Shown: positions 46,479 through 57,294, counted from the stretch's first letter. The stretch is 64,000 nucleotides of DNA from an uncultured Chloroflexia bacterium (GCA_963781845.1 CAWAHN010000016.1:147409-211408), one strand, 5' to 3'. Program-made: numbers and translations. The notes: a model not told the origin generated them from the sequence alone.

Positions 46479-47648
46479 GTGCCCGGACTCGCGCGTTCGG
46501 ACGAACCCTCGCCACCCGTCGGTGGGTGCCCGCCGACGACCGTCCCGGTCACCCCAAGGAGACGCTTGACGGTCCCTACCCTTCCCGGCGACAGGGACGC
46601 CCGTCGGACCGCTGCCCCGACGGCGCCCGCGGCCGTGCGCCTCGAAGGCGTCCACAAGCGATTCGGCGAGGTCGAGGCGGTCGCCGGCGTGGACCTCGAG
46701 ATCCTCGACGGTGAGTTCTTCTCCATGCTCGGGCCGTCGGGCTCGGGCAAGACCACGACGCTCCGGATGATCGCCGGGTTCGAGGAGCCGAGCGCGGGCC
46801 GCGTCGTGCTCCACGGCGAGGACGTCACCGGCAAGGCACCCTTCGAGCGCGACGTCAACACCGTCTTCCAGGACTACGCCCTGTTCCCGCACATGACCGT
46901 CGGCGACAACGTCGGCTACGGCCTGATGATCCGCAAGGTCCCCAAGGCGGATCGAACGAGGCAGGTCACCGACGCTCTGCGGATGGTCAGACTCGATGGC
47001 TACGAGGCGCGCAAGCCCGGCCAGCTGTCGGGCGGCCAGCGCCAACGCGTCGCGCTCGCCCGCGCGCTCGTCAACCGGCCGAGGGTCCTCCTGCTCGACG
47101 AGCCGCTCGGAGCGCTCGATCTCAAGCTCCGGGAGGAGATGCAGATCGAGCTGAAGGCGATCCAGCACCAGGTCGGGATCACGTTCATCTACGTGACCCA
47201 CGACCAGGAAGAGGCGCTCACGATGAGCGACCGGATCGCCGTCTTCAACCGCGGCCTGGTCGAACAGATCGGCTCCCCTGCGGAGGTCTACGAGCGGCCC
47301 CGGACGGCATTCGTGGCTGGGTTCGTCGGGACCTCGAACCTGCTCCGGGGCGAGGTCGCCGAGCGGATCGTCGGCCGGGCGGGCACGTTCACCGTGCGCC
47401 CCGAGAAGATCCGCCTGGCCGCGCCGGGTGACGCGGTCGCGGAGGACGAGACGTCCGCGACCGGGACCGTCCGCGAGGTCATCTATCTCGGCCCCGACAC
47501 CCGATACATCGTCGCCCTCGATGCAGGGAGCGAGCTCGTGGTGACCGCCCCGAACCAGTCGATCTCGTCGATGGAGGCCCTCGCCGCACAAGGCCGGGCG
47601 GTCCGTCTGATCTGGAACCAGCGATCGAATTTCCCGGTCGGAGCCTGA
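46479..47648 (+). CDS. ABC importer ATPase (PotA-like)
   Basis: GPSGSGKTT, LSGGQRQRVALARAL and LLLDEPL. The start is uncertain because the N-terminus is low-complexity. Confidence 0.8.
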   Translation: MPGLARSDEPSPPVGGCPPTTVPVTPRRRLTVPTLPGDRDARRTAAPTAPAAVRLEGVHKRFGEVEAVAGVDLEILDGEFFSMLGPSGSGKTTTLRMIAGFEEPSAGRVVLHGEDVTGKAPFERDVNTVFQDYALFPHMTVGDNVGYGLMIRKVPKADRTRQVTDALRMVRLDGYEARKPGQLSGGQRQRVALARALVNRPRVLLLDEPLGALDLKLREEMQIELKAIQHQVGITFIYVTHDQEEALTMSDRIAVFNRGLVEQIGSPAEVYERPRTAFVAGFVGTSNLLRGEVAERIVGRAGTFTVRPEKIRLAAPGDAVAEDETSATGTVREVIYLGPDTRYIVALDAGSELVVTAPNQSISSMEALAAQGRAVRLIWNQRSNFPVGA

Positions 47649-47676
47649 CCGGGGTCGCACGAGGAGGAGACGGGTC

Positions 47677-48955
47677 ATGATCAATCGCAAGGGACTCATC
47701 GCGGCCGCGATCGTCGCGATCCTGGCCGCGGCATGCTCGTCGGCGTCGACATCGCCGGCCGCGAGCAGCGCTCCGGCCACCCAGCCACCCGGCAGCCAGG
47801 CGGCGGCCAGCGAAGCGGCGGTCAGTCCACCGGCCAGCGAGACACCCGTCGCGTCGATCGGCCCGGGCGAGGGTGAGCTCGACCTGGTGGCGTGGGTCGG
47901 GTACGCCGAGGACGGCTCGAACGTCAAGGAGTACGACTGGGTCCACCCCTTCGTCGCCGCCAACCCGGACTGCGCCAAGGTGGTCGTCAAGACCGCGAAC
48001 ACATCCGACGAGATGTACACATTGATGACGAACGGCCACGGCCTGTACGACGGCGTCTCGGCATCGGGTGACGCGTCGAACCGGCTGATCGACCGGGCGG
48101 AGGTCGCGCCCGTCGACCCTGCCCTGATCCCGGATTTCAAGGACCTGACCCCATTCCTCCAGGATCCGCCGAACAACACCGTCAACGGGTTCCATTACGG
48201 GGTCTCCCACGGCTGGGGCGGCAACACCCTGATGTACCGCACGGACAAGATCGCCGAGCCCCCGACGAGCTGGGACTCCGTCTTCGATCCGGCGAAAGCC
48301 GCGGCCAACAAGGGCAAGATCACGGACTACGGCGGCGCGATCTACATCGCCGACGCGGCGCTCTATCTCAAGACCCACAAGCCCGAGCTTCGGGATCACC
48401 GATCCGTACGAGCTGACCCAGGAGCAGTTCGATGCGGCGGTCGCCCTTCTCAAGGCCCAGCATCCGTTCGTCGGGAAGTACTGGACGGCCGCCGCGGACG
48501 AGGTCGACAACTTCAGCACCGGGACCTCGACGATCGGCACGACCTGGCAGTACCAGACGAACACGCTCAAGGGCTCCAACGTCCCGGTCGAGGCCGTCGT
48601 GCCGACGGAGGGGATGACCGGCTGGTCCGACACCTGGATGCTGTCGCGATACGCGAAGCACCCGAACTGCATGCTCAAGTGGATGGCCTGGATGGTCACG
48701 CCCGAGACCCAGGCGCAGGTCGCGGAATACTTCGGTGAGGCGCCGGCGAACCCGAAGGCCTGCGACATCCTGAACTCGAGCACGAAGCCGTACGCGATCA
48801 AGGACTTCTGCACCGCCTATCACGTCACCGACGAGGCCTTCTACAAGGCGATCAGCTTCTGGAAGACACCGAGCCGGGACTGCGGCGACAGCCGGGGGAA
48901 CACCTGCGTCCCGTACGACCAATGGGTCGCCGCCTTCACCGGCGTGCAGGGCTGA
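47677..48955 (+). CDS. ABC importer substrate-binding lipoprotein (PotD-like); 1-nt frame disruption near 48390-48394
   Basis: Lipobox ILAAAC. After KTHKPEL the sequence continues in the next frame as GITDPYELTQEQFDAAVALLKAQHP..TEGMTGWSDTWML. Confidence 0.7.
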
Positions 48956-49041
48956 GCGTCGGCCCCTGGGACGACCCGAGGCCGCGCGATCCAGCCGGAT
49001 CCGCGGCCTCGGACCACCGTCGCTGACCGGGACCCCCTGCG

Positions 49042-49959
49042 ATGACCACCGCCGAGCCCGCCCGCCCGAGCGCGCCGGCACCCAGCGCCCAGCGGCGCCT
49101 GTCCGCGTGGCTCCATGAACGACCCCGGGTCCGGCTCGGGGCGCTCCTCGTCGCCCCGTTCGGCTGGTTCGGGATCGTCTACTTCGGCTCGCTCGCGGTG
49201 CTGTTCGCCTACGCGTTCTGGTCGCTCGACCCGCAGACCGGGGTCGTCGTCAAGTCGTTCACGCTGTCGAACTTCCAGCGGATGGTCACCGACCCGGTCT
49301 ACGGTGCGATCGTCCAGAGGACCGTCGCCGTGTCGGCGATCGTCACGGTCGTGGATGCGCTGATCGCCTTCCCGATCGCCTACTACATGGCCCGGGTCGC
49401 CTCGCCACGACGACGAGCGTTGCTGTTCATGTCCGTGCTGCTGCCGCTCTGGGCGAGCTACCTGGTCAAGGTCTACGCGTGGCGGGTCATCGTCGCCCCG
49501 AGCGGCATCCTCGACTGGGCCTTCCAGCTGGTCGGCATCACCGACTCGTCAAGCGTCCTGGGCGTGTCGGACGTCTCGATGACCATCGTCTTCATCTACA
49601 TGTGGCTGCCCTACATGATCCTGCCGATCTATGCCGGGCTGGAGCGGATCCCGAACTCCTACCTCGAAGCCTCGGCCGACCTCGGAGCGCGGAGCGGTCA
49701 GACGTTCCGCCGGGTCATCCTCCCGCTCGCCCTGCCCGCGCTGGTCGCCGGCTCGATCTTCACCTTCTCGCTGACGCTCGGCGACTTCATCATCCCGCAG
49801 CTGGTCTCGAACACGCAGTTCATCGGGAATGTGGTCTACGTGAGCCAGGGCGTGGCGGGCGACATCCCGTTCGCGGCCGCGTTCGCCCTCGTGCCCGTCG
49901 GGATCATGGCCGTCTATCTGCTCGTCGCCCGCCGCCTCGGTGCCTTCGATGCGATCTGA
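49042..49959 (+). CDS. ABC importer permease (PotB-like)
   Basis: Six TM helices and the EAA-like loop SYLEASADLGARSGQTFRRVILPLALPAL. Confidence 0.8.
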   Translation: MTTAEPARPSAPAPSAQRRLSAWLHERPRVRLGALLVAPFGWFGIVYFGSLAVLFAYAFWSLDPQTGVVVKSFTLSNFQRMVTDPVYGAIVQRTVAVSAIVTVVDALIAFPIAYYMARVASPRRRALLFMSVLLPLWASYLVKVYAWRVIVAPSGILDWAFQLVGITDSSSVLGVSDVSMTIVFIYMWLPYMILPIYAGLERIPNSYLEASADLGARSGQTFRRVILPLALPALVAGSIFTFSLTLGDFIIPQLVSNTQFIGNVVYVSQGVAGDIPFAAAFALVPVGIMAVYLLVARRLGAFDAI

Positions 49960-49983
49960 GGGCGGTCCAACGGGGGTGCGCCG

Positions 49984-50775
49984 ATGAGCCGGATCCTGCT
50001 CCGGATCGCGACCGGGCTGACCCTCGGGTTCCTGTACTTCCCGATCGCGGTGATCATCCTCTACGCGTTCAACGCCCAGCGCATCCAGGTCTGGCCGATC
50101 CAGGAGTACAGCACGAAGTGGTTCGGCGAGGCGCTCGCCAATGAGAGCGTGCGCTCCGCCCTCCTCCTGTCCCTGACCGTCGGCCTCGCCGCGACGGTGG
50201 TGGCGATCGTCCTCGGCAGCCTCGCCTCGTTCGCGGTCCACCGCCACCGGTACTTCGGGCGCGAGGTCATCTCGTTCGCCCTCGTCCTGCCGATCGCGCT
50301 GCCCGGGATCATCACCGGCATCGCGCTCAACGCCACCTTCAACAACTTCGGGATCCCGTTGGGCACGCTGACGATCGTCGTGGGCCACGCCACGTTCTGC
50401 GTGGTCGTCGTCTACAACAACGTCATCGCCCGGCTGCGCCGGAGCTCGACGACGATCGAGGAGGCATCGGCCGACCTCGGCGCGGACTCGTGGCAGACCT
50501 TCCGGTTCGTGACCTTCCCGGTCCTGCGCACCGCGATCGTGGCGGCCGGGCTCCTCGCCTTCGCCCTGTCCTTCGACGAGATCATCGTCACGACCTTCAC
50601 CGCCGGGACCCAGGAGACGCTCCCGATCTGGATCTTCAACCACCTGCGGCTGCCGAACCAGCGCCCGATCGTCAACGTCGTCGCGATGTTCCTCATCCTG
50701 ATGTCCGTGATCCCGGTCTACCTCGCTCAGCGAGTCAGCTCGGAGACCACCGGCGCGGCCGCGACGAACCGCTGA
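49984..50775 (+). CDS. ABC importer permease (PotC-like)
   Basis: IEEASADLGADSWQTFRFVTFPVLRTAIV. Confidence 0.8.
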   Translation: MSRILLRIATGLTLGFLYFPIAVIILYAFNAQRIQVWPIQEYSTKWFGEALANESVRSALLLSLTVGLAATVVAIVLGSLASFAVHRHRYFGREVISFALVLPIALPGIITGIALNATFNNFGIPLGTLTIVVGHATFCVVVVYNNVIARLRRSSTTIEEASADLGADSWQTFRFVTFPVLRTAIVAAGLLAFALSFDEIIVTTFTAGTQETLPIWIFNHLRLPNQRPIVNVVAMFLILMSVIPVYLAQRVSSETTGAAATNR

Positions 50776-51082
50776 CCGCCGTCGGCCGCGGCCGACGTCC
50801 GATGACCCGCTGCGTCCCAGCGCATCCCGGCGAGCGCCGGACCCTGGGTCGCCGCGACGCACGCGATCAGCAGACCGACCGTCGCGAGCACAGCGCCGGC
50901 GACCGAACGAAGATCCCGGATCCTGGACATGGGCACGTCGTCTCCTCGTGCCCCTGGCGATCCCGGCCGCGACCCATGTCGCGGGGTACGGACCGGAAGA
51001 CCAGTCTGCCGACGACCGCTTAGCTGCGGCTTATCGGCGGGCGAGCCGGCCGCTCATCCGGCGCTCGTGAGCCGGACCGCGA

Positions 51083-51268
51083 TCACATCGACGGCGTGTA
51101 CGCCGGGTCGAGGTACTTGTCGGGATCGTCCCGGAACTCGAGCAGGCAGCCACGCCCGCAGAACCAATAGACCTTGCCGTCATGGGTCACGGAGAGTTGC
51201 GATGTGCTCGTGTCGACCGTCATCCCGCACACCGGGTCGGTCGCCATCTTCGGTCGCTCGTCCATCAT
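51083..51268 (-). CDS. YHS-domain protein (metal-associated)
   Basis: DPVCGMTVD..HDGKVYWFCGRGCLLEF. Confidence 0.8.
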   Translation of the reverse strand: MMDERPKMATDPVCGMTVDTSTSQLSVTHDGKVYWFCGRGCLLEFRDDPDKYLDPAYTPSM

Positions 51269-51311
51269 CGCCCTCGTGCTCGGTCGGTGACCCGGTCGTC
51301 GGTGTGGCCCG

Positions 51312-51328
51312 GTACTCCCCGGGAGTAT
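51312..51328. promoter_or_regulatory. Palindromic operator GTACTCCC-C-GGGAGTAT between the YHS gene and the DksA-like gene
   Basis: Near-identical to the site at 10770-10786. The minus strand reads TATACTCCCGGGGAGTAC, with the -10-like TATACT facing the YHS gene. Confidence 0.5.
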
Positions 51329-51371
51329 ACCCGCCCGGACGCCGGGGCAGGCCGCGGCGTAGCATCCGCGG

Positions 51372-51713
51372 ATGGACCCCGTCGTCGCCCAGACCGCGCG
51401 CGCCGCCCTCGACGCCGAGCGCGCCAGACTCCGCGCCGAGCTCGACGCGGGGATCGAGGCGCCCGGTCAGATGACCTACGGCTCGCAGGCGGCCGCCGCC
51501 AGCCAGGTGTTCGCCCAGCAGCGCGACCTCGCCCTCCATGACAAGGCGATCAAGGAGCTCGAGCTGGTCGACGCCGCCCTCGAGCGGCTGGATGCCGGGA
51601 CCTTCGGGACCTGCCTCCGGTGCGGCAACGAGATCGCCGTGGCGCGGCTCGAGGCGCTCCCCTGGGCCGCCTACTGCATCACCTGCCAGAAGCTCGCGGC
51701 CGACGGCCGATGA
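51372..51713 (+). CDS. DksA/TraR-family C4 zinc-finger protein
   Basis: CLRCGNEIAVARLEALPWAAYCITC. Confidence 0.8.
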   Translation: MDPVVAQTARAALDAERARLRAELDAGIEAPGQMTYGSQAAAASQVFAQQRDLALHDKAIKELELVDAALERLDAGTFGTCLRCGNEIAVARLEALPWAAYCITCQKLAADGR

Positions 51714-52711
51714 CGAGATCGGCCGTCGGCGCTGCTCGCCTGGTCTCGATCGACGACATCCGGGCGGCCGCTCGGACCCTCGATGGGGTCGCGCTGCGCA
51801 GCCCGCTGCTCCCGTTCGGGCCGACGCCGCGCCGCTACCTCAAGGCCGAGTCGCTCCAACCGATCGGGGCGTTCAAGATCCGCGGCGCCTACGTCGCCGT
51901 GGCCAGCCTGTCGACGGAGGCCCGCGGCCGCGGCGTGATCACCTATTCGAGCGGCAACCATGCGCAGGGGGTCGCCCGGGCGGCTCGCCTGCTCGGGGCA
52001 CCCGCCGTCGTGGTCATGCCGTCCGATGCGCCGGAGATCAAGCGTCGGCGCGTCGAGGCGGACGGGGCCGAGGTCGTCGTGGTCGGGCCGGCCAGCGAGG
52101 AGCGCCGCCTGGTCGCCGAACGCCTCGCGGTCGAGCGCGGCCTGACGATCATCCCGCCCTACGACGACGACCGGATCATCGCCGGTCAGGGCACCTGCGG
52201 GCTCGAGATCGTCGAGGACCTTCCGGACGTCGCGGCGGTCCTCGTCCCGATCGGCGGGGGCGGCCTGGCGAGCGGCGTGGCCGCCGCGGTTCGGGCGGTC
52301 CGACCCGCCTGCCGGATCATCGGCGTCGAGCCCGAGCTGGCGGCCGATGCTCGCGAGTCGCTCGAGGCCGGCCGGATCGTCGAGTGGCCCGCCGAGCGGG
52401 TCAGCCGGACGATCGCCGACGGGACCCGGACCCAGTCGCTCGGCGTGCGCACGTTCGCCCATCTCAGCGCGCTACTCGATCGGATCGTGACGGTGTCCGA
52501 GGCGGAGATCGCCGCGGCCGTCCGCATCGCGGCCGAGGAGGCCCGGCTCGTCGTCGAACCCTCGGGTGCCCTGACCGTCGCGGCGCTGCGATCCCGGGCC
52601 GACGAAGCGGGCCTGGCCGACGAGACCGGGCCGGTGGTCGCGGTCGTCAGCGGCGGCAATGTCGACCCGGACCGCTATCGCGAGCTGTTGACGAGCCCGA
52701 TCCCTGGCTGA
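51710..52711 (+). CDS. PLP-dependent threonine/serine dehydratase
   Basis: ATGA overlap with the upstream stop. SLQPIGAFKIRGA, SSGNHAQG and GGGGLASG. Confidence 0.85.
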   Translation: MTRSAVGAARLVSIDDIRAAARTLDGVALRSPLLPFGPTPRRYLKAESLQPIGAFKIRGAYVAVASLSTEARGRGVITYSSGNHAQGVARAARLLGAPAVVVMPSDAPEIKRRRVEADGAEVVVVGPASEERRLVAERLAVERGLTIIPPYDDDRIIAGQGTCGLEIVEDLPDVAAVLVPIGGGGLASGVAAAVRAVRPACRIIGVEPELAADARESLEAGRIVEWPAERVSRTIADGTRTQSLGVRTFAHLSALLDRIVTVSEAEIAAAVRIAAEEARLVVEPSGALTVAALRSRADEAGLADETGPVVAVVSGGNVDPDRYRELLTSPIPG

Positions 52712-52724
52712 GGCGAAGGGACCC

Positions 52725-53837
52725 TTAGCTCTCGCCCCGCTCCCGGGCGAGCCGCTCGGCGAGCCGGGCCTCACGTTCGCGGATCGCCGCCCTGGCGGAG
52801 TCCTCGCGTGCGTCGGCCGCGGCCGATTCCCGTTCCTCCCGGCGCATCCAGCCGACGACGATGCCGAGGATCGCCACGAGGAAGACGAGGTCGCCGACGA
52901 CCCACATGACGGCGCCGGCCATCTGCTGGTCGCCGAGCGGGCCTGGGCCCCAGTCGAGGCCGAGCGTCGCGTAGTGCGAGTAGAGCGGCGCGGGGGCACT
53001 GATGATCGCCAGCCCGAGGAACGTGTTCTGCGGCATCTGGAGGAACGTGTACAGGATCCGAGCGGGCTCGCGCATCCGCCACGGGCTCGGGTCGAGCGCG
53101 ACGACCGGCCACCAGAACAGGCAGGCCGTGACGATGTACAGCAGGTGCTCGAACTGGTGGACCGTCGGCTCCTCGAGCGAGCGCTCGAAGATCGGCGAGA
53201 AGTGGGTCCCCCACATCACGGCGGCGAACAGGACCCAGGTGATCACCGGGAACGTGATGATCCGGACCGGCAGCGAGTGGAGGATCGGCAGGACGACCCG
53301 ACGGCGGGTCTCCGGGCGGACCGTCCGGAGGACCAGGGTGATCGGTGCCCCGAGCGCAAGGAACGGCGCCGCGAAGAGCATCAGCAGGACGTGCTGGATC
53401 ATGTGGATGCTGAACAGGGTCGTGTCGTAGCGCTCGATCGGCGATTGGAGCGCCACGAAGATCGTGGCCAGGCCGAGCAGCCAGAAGAACGTCCGCGCGC
53501 GGGGCACAGGATTGGCCGGATGCGCCTCGTCGACGTGGCGGACCGCCAGGACGTACCCGATGGCCAGGACGGCAAGCGGGATCACGACGGTCGGATCGAA
53601 CGACCAGGCCAGGAGCACATCGGGCAGGACCGGCACCGGACCGGTCGTGCCGTGGGCGCTCACGACCGACGGTGCGACGAGCCAGCCCAGACCCAGGCTG
53701 GCGGCGACGCCGACGCGGACGGCCGGGCGACCGGCGGGGATGGGGATCACCTCGTCATTCTGCCTCCGAACCGCTCGGGCGGCCGTCGTCCGCGGTCGTC
53801 CGCGGGTCGTCCGCCGACTCGACAGCTTGACCGGCAC
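52725..53837 (-). CDS. ctaG: Cytochrome c oxidase assembly factor CtaG (Caa3_CtaG type)
   Basis: Multi-TM protein with SPIERYDTTLFSIHMIQHVLLMLFAAPFLALGAP. GTG 53837 is proposed as the start. The ORF is open to 54032. Confidence 0.7.
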   Translation of the reverse strand: MPVKLSSRRTTRGRPRTTAARAVRRQNDEVIPIPAGRPAVRVGVAASLGLGWLVAPSVVSAHGTTGPVPVLPDVLLAWSFDPTVVIPLAVLAIGYVLAVRHVDEAHPANPVPRARTFFWLLGLATIFVALQSPIERYDTTLFSIHMIQHVLLMLFAAPFLALGAPITLVLRTVRPETRRRVVLPILHSLPVRIITFPVITWVLFAAVMWGTHFSPIFERSLEEPTVHQFEHLLYIVTACLFWWPVVALDPSPWRMREPARILYTFLQMPQNTFLGLAIISAPAPLYSHYATLGLDWGPGPLGDQQMAGAVMWVVGDLVFLVAILGIVVGWMRREERESAAADAREDSARAAIREREARLAERLARERGES

Positions 53838-53910
53838 GGTGGACCGCCTGCCGTTATCATGACCGTCGTCTTGTCCTGCCCCGCCCCACGAGTCGCGAGG
53901 ACACCACCCC

Positions 53911-54972
53911 ATGTCGCTGCCCAGGCTCTCCCGCTCGCGCCTCGCGACGATCGTCGCGCTGGTCGCGATGGGGGCCCTGCTGTCGGGGTGCGGGGTCATG
54001 CAGCCGCCGGAGGCGGTGACCAGCCAGGGCAAGGAGGTCCGCGGCCTCTACGAGTTCGTCTTCGCCATCGCGGTCGGCGTCTTCGTCCTCGTCGAGGGGC
54101 TGATCATCTTCGCGGTCATCCGCTATCGCCGGAAGCCGACCGACACCGAGCTCCCGCCCCAGATCCACGGCAACAACGTGCTCGAGATCATCTGGACGGT
54201 CGTCCCGGCGATCATCGTCGCGGTGATGTTCCTGTTCTCCTACTCCGCGCTCCAGAAGGTCCAGGCGACCACGCCGACGGACATCCAGGTCCGGGCGGTC
54301 GCCGCCCAGTTCCAGTGGGAGTTCGACTACCTGTCGGCGGACGGCCAGACGGTCCTGTTCCAGGAGCTCGAGCCGCAGATGACGGTCCCCGCCGGCAAGA
54401 CCGTCCACCTGCAGCTCAAGTCGAACGACGTCATCCACGCGTTCTACGTCCCGAAGTTCCTGTTCAAGCGAGACGTCGTGCCGGGCGTGAACAACAGCTT
54501 CGACTTCATGGTCGACGCCGCCGACGCCGGCCAGACGTTCAACGGCCAGTGCGCCGAGCTGTGCGGGACCTACCACGGGGCGATGCTGTTCACGGTCAAG
54601 GCGCTCAGCCCTGCCGACTACGACACCTGGCTGGCGGCCCAGATCGCCAAGGCGAACGCCACGCCGCCGCCGGCGCCGAGCGGCGGAGCGGGCGAGGTCC
54701 AGCTCGACCTCGCGGCCAAGGACGTCCAGTTCAGCACCGCGACGCTCGAAGCGCCGGCCGACAAGCCGTTCACGATCAAGTTCCAGAACAACGATCCGAC
54801 GATCACCCACAACGTGGCGATCGCGGACAGCGCCGGGCAGGAGGTCTTCAAGGGCGAGATCTTCCCGGGCGTCGACAGCCGGGTCTACCCGATCCCGACG
54901 CTCAAGGCCGGCGAGTACAAGTTCTCGTGTTCGGTCCATCCGGCGATGACCGGGACCCTGACGGTCAAGTAA
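53911..54972 (+). CDS. ctaC: Cytochrome c oxidase subunit II with a C-terminal type-1 cupredoxin domain
   Basis: CuA site in VIHAFYVP..CAELCGTYHGAM. An extra domain follows: PFTIKFQNNDPTITHNVAI..YKFSCSVHPAMTGTLTVK. Confidence 0.85.
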   Translation: MSLPRLSRSRLATIVALVAMGALLSGCGVMQPPEAVTSQGKEVRGLYEFVFAIAVGVFVLVEGLIIFAVIRYRRKPTDTELPPQIHGNNVLEIIWTVVPAIIVAVMFLFSYSALQKVQATTPTDIQVRAVAAQFQWEFDYLSADGQTVLFQELEPQMTVPAGKTVHLQLKSNDVIHAFYVPKFLFKRDVVPGVNNSFDFMVDAADAGQTFNGQCAELCGTYHGAMLFTVKALSPADYDTWLAAQIAKANATPPPAPSGGAGEVQLDLAAKDVQFSTATLEAPADKPFTIKFQNNDPTITHNVAIADSAGQEVFKGEIFPGVDSRVYPIPTLKAGEYKFSCSVHPAMTGTLTVK

Positions 54973-54982
54973 GGAGCCTCCG

Positions 54983-56638
54983 ATGGCGACGACCGCCCTG
55001 ACGCCCGCCGCCACCGGCGCCCGAGCCGGGTTGTACGACTGGCTCACGACGACCGACCACAAGAAGATCGGGATCCTGTACCTGATCAACTCGCTGCTGA
55101 TGTTCTTCCTCGGCGGGATCCTGGCCCTCGTCGTCCGGGCGCAGCTCGCCGTCCCGGCCCTCATCGAGCACGGCCTCGCGGCCCCCGGGTTCAAGGTGGT
55201 CAGCGAGTCGTTCTACAACCAGGCGTTCACGATCCACGCCTCGCTGATGCTGTTCCTGTTCATCATCCCGATCCTCGCGGGCTTCGGGAACTACGTCGTG
55301 CCGCTGATGATCGGCGCGCCCGACATGGCCTTCCCGCGGATCAACGCCCTGTCGTTCTGGATGCTGCCGCTGGCCGGGATCATGATCCTGACCGGGTTCC
55401 TCGTCGGTGGGGCGGCCGCGGCGGGTTGGACGAGCTACAGCCCACTCGCCCAGGCCAAGTACTCGGGAGTCGGCGAGGACCTCTGGATCGTCGGCGTCAT
55501 CCTGATCGGCACGAGCTCCATCCTCGGAGCGATCAACTTCCTGGTCACGATCTTCAAGATGCGCGCGCCCGGGATGACGATGTTCCGGATGCCGATCATG
55601 GTCTGGACGATCCTGGTCACGAGCACGCTCGTCCTGATGGCGACCCCGGTCCTGACCAGCGCCCTGATCATGCTGTTCATCGACCGGAACTACGGCGGCC
55701 ACTTCTTCAACCCGGCGACCGGCGGCAGCGCCATCCTCTGGCAGAACGTGTTCTGGTTCTACTCGCACCCCGCCGTCTACATCATGGTCCTGCCGGCGAT
55801 GGGCATCGTCAGCGAGATCCTGCCCGTCTTCAGCCGCAAGCCGCTGTTCGGCTACAAGGCGTTCGTCTTCGCGACGGCCGCGATCGGGGCCCTCGGGTTC
55901 AGCGTCTGGGCCCACCACATGTTCACCACCGGCCAGGTCGCCCTCGGGTTCTTCAGCTTCATGACGTTCCTGATCGCGATCCCGACCGGGGTCAAGATGT
56001 TCAACTGGACCGCGACGATGTACAAGGGTCAGCTGTCGTTCGCGACGCCGATGCTGTACGCCCTCGGGTTCCTGACGATGTTCCTGATCGGCGGGATCAA
56101 CGGTGCGTTCAGTGCGGCGGTGCCGGTCGACTTCGCGCTCCACGACACCTACTGGGTGGTCGCCCATCTGCACTACGTCCTGTTCGGCGGGTCCGTCTTC
56201 GGCGTCTTCGCCGGGATCTACTACTGGTTCCCGAAGATGTTCGGCCGGAAGCTCGGTGAGGGCCTGGGCAAGATCCAGTTCGTGATCATGTTCATCGGCT
56301 TCAACCTGACGTTCTTCCCGATGCACATCCTGGGACTCGACGGGATGCCGCGACGGATCGCCAACTACTCGCCGGATGCGGGCTGGAGCGACCTCAACCT
56401 GCTGGCGACGATCGGCGGCTTCACGATCGCGCTGAGCATGCTGCCGTTCCTGTGGAACGTGTTCACGACGCTCCGCAACGGCGAGCCGGCCGGGGACGAC
56501 CCGTGGGAGGGCAACACCCTCGAGTGGGCGACCTCGTCGCCGCCACCGCCCGTACAACTTCGACCGGCTGCCTGAGATCCGTTCGGAGCGTCCGGTCTTC
56601 GACGCCCGCCACGGGCTGGCCGGAGGTGGCCACGGATG
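54983..56638 (+). CDS. ctaD: Cytochrome c oxidase subunit I; 1-nt frame disruption near 56545-56553
   Basis: WFYSHPAVYIMVLPAMG and WAHHMFTTG. After EWATSSPPPP the conserved tail YNFDRLPEIRSERPVFDARHG lies in the next frame and ends in an ATGA overlap with ctaE. Confidence 0.85.
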
Positions 56639-57283
56639 ACCGCGAGCTCGACGGCCGTCGTCGCCCACGTCGAGGAGGGCCACGCCCGCGAGGGCGGGAT
56701 CAGCAACGTCATCCTCGGGATGCTCCTGTTCATCACCAGCGAGATCATGTTCTTCGCCGGGCTGTTCGCCGCGTACTTCAGCCTGCGGGCCGCTGCACCA
56801 GGCTGGCCCCCACCGGAGTTCGAGGGCAAGCTCCTCTGGTTGCCGAGCGCCGAGCACGTCATCCCGGTCGTCACGATCGCCACCATCCTCCTGGTGCTCA
56901 GCTCGTGGACCTGCCAGGTCGGCGTGTGGGGCATCCGGCGCGGCGATCACACGGCACTCGTGCGCGGCATCGGCGTGACGGTCGTCCTGGGGGCGATCTT
57001 CCTGGCGATGCAGCTGTACGACTACACCGTCCTGTACAGCGAGGAGGTCCGGCTCGATGCCGGCCCGTTCGGGACCACCTACTACACGCTGACCGGGTTC
57101 CACGGGGCGCACGTCCTGGGTGGGGTGATCATGCTGTCGGTGGTGCTCTATCGGGCGATGGCGGGGCAGTTCTCCAAGGATCATCACGACATGGTCGAAG
57201 CGGCCTCCATCTACTGGCACTTCGTCGACATCGTCTGGATCCTCCTGTTCTCGACGCTCTACATCATCCCGAACGTGCGTTGA
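56636..57283 (+). CDS. ctaE: Cytochrome c oxidase subunit III
   Basis: GMLLFITSEIMFFAGLFAAYF, TGFHGAHVLGG and YWHFVDIVW. Confidence 0.85.
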   Translation: MTASSTAVVAHVEEGHAREGGISNVILGMLLFITSEIMFFAGLFAAYFSLRAAAPGWPPPEFEGKLLWLPSAEHVIPVVTIATILLVLSSWTCQVGVWGIRRGDHTALVRGIGVTVVLGAIFLAMQLYDYTVLYSEEVRLDAGPFGTTYYTLTGFHGAHVLGGVIMLSVVLYRAMAGQFSKDHHDMVEAASIYWHFVDIVWILLFSTLYIIPNVR

Positions 57284-57294
57284 CGGAGGACCCG

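Noticed and set aside
50727-50936. 69-aa ORF with one hydrophobic helix (AGAVLATVGLLIACVAA)
   Set aside because: Its third-position GC content is compatible with coding. However, it overlaps the 3' end of the permease gene on the opposite strand, has no clear RBS and carries no recognisable motif. This is too weak to report as a feature.
54965-57220. 751-aa ORF on the minus strand
   Set aside because: It is antisense to ctaD and ctaE, whose heme-copper oxidase motifs are unambiguous.
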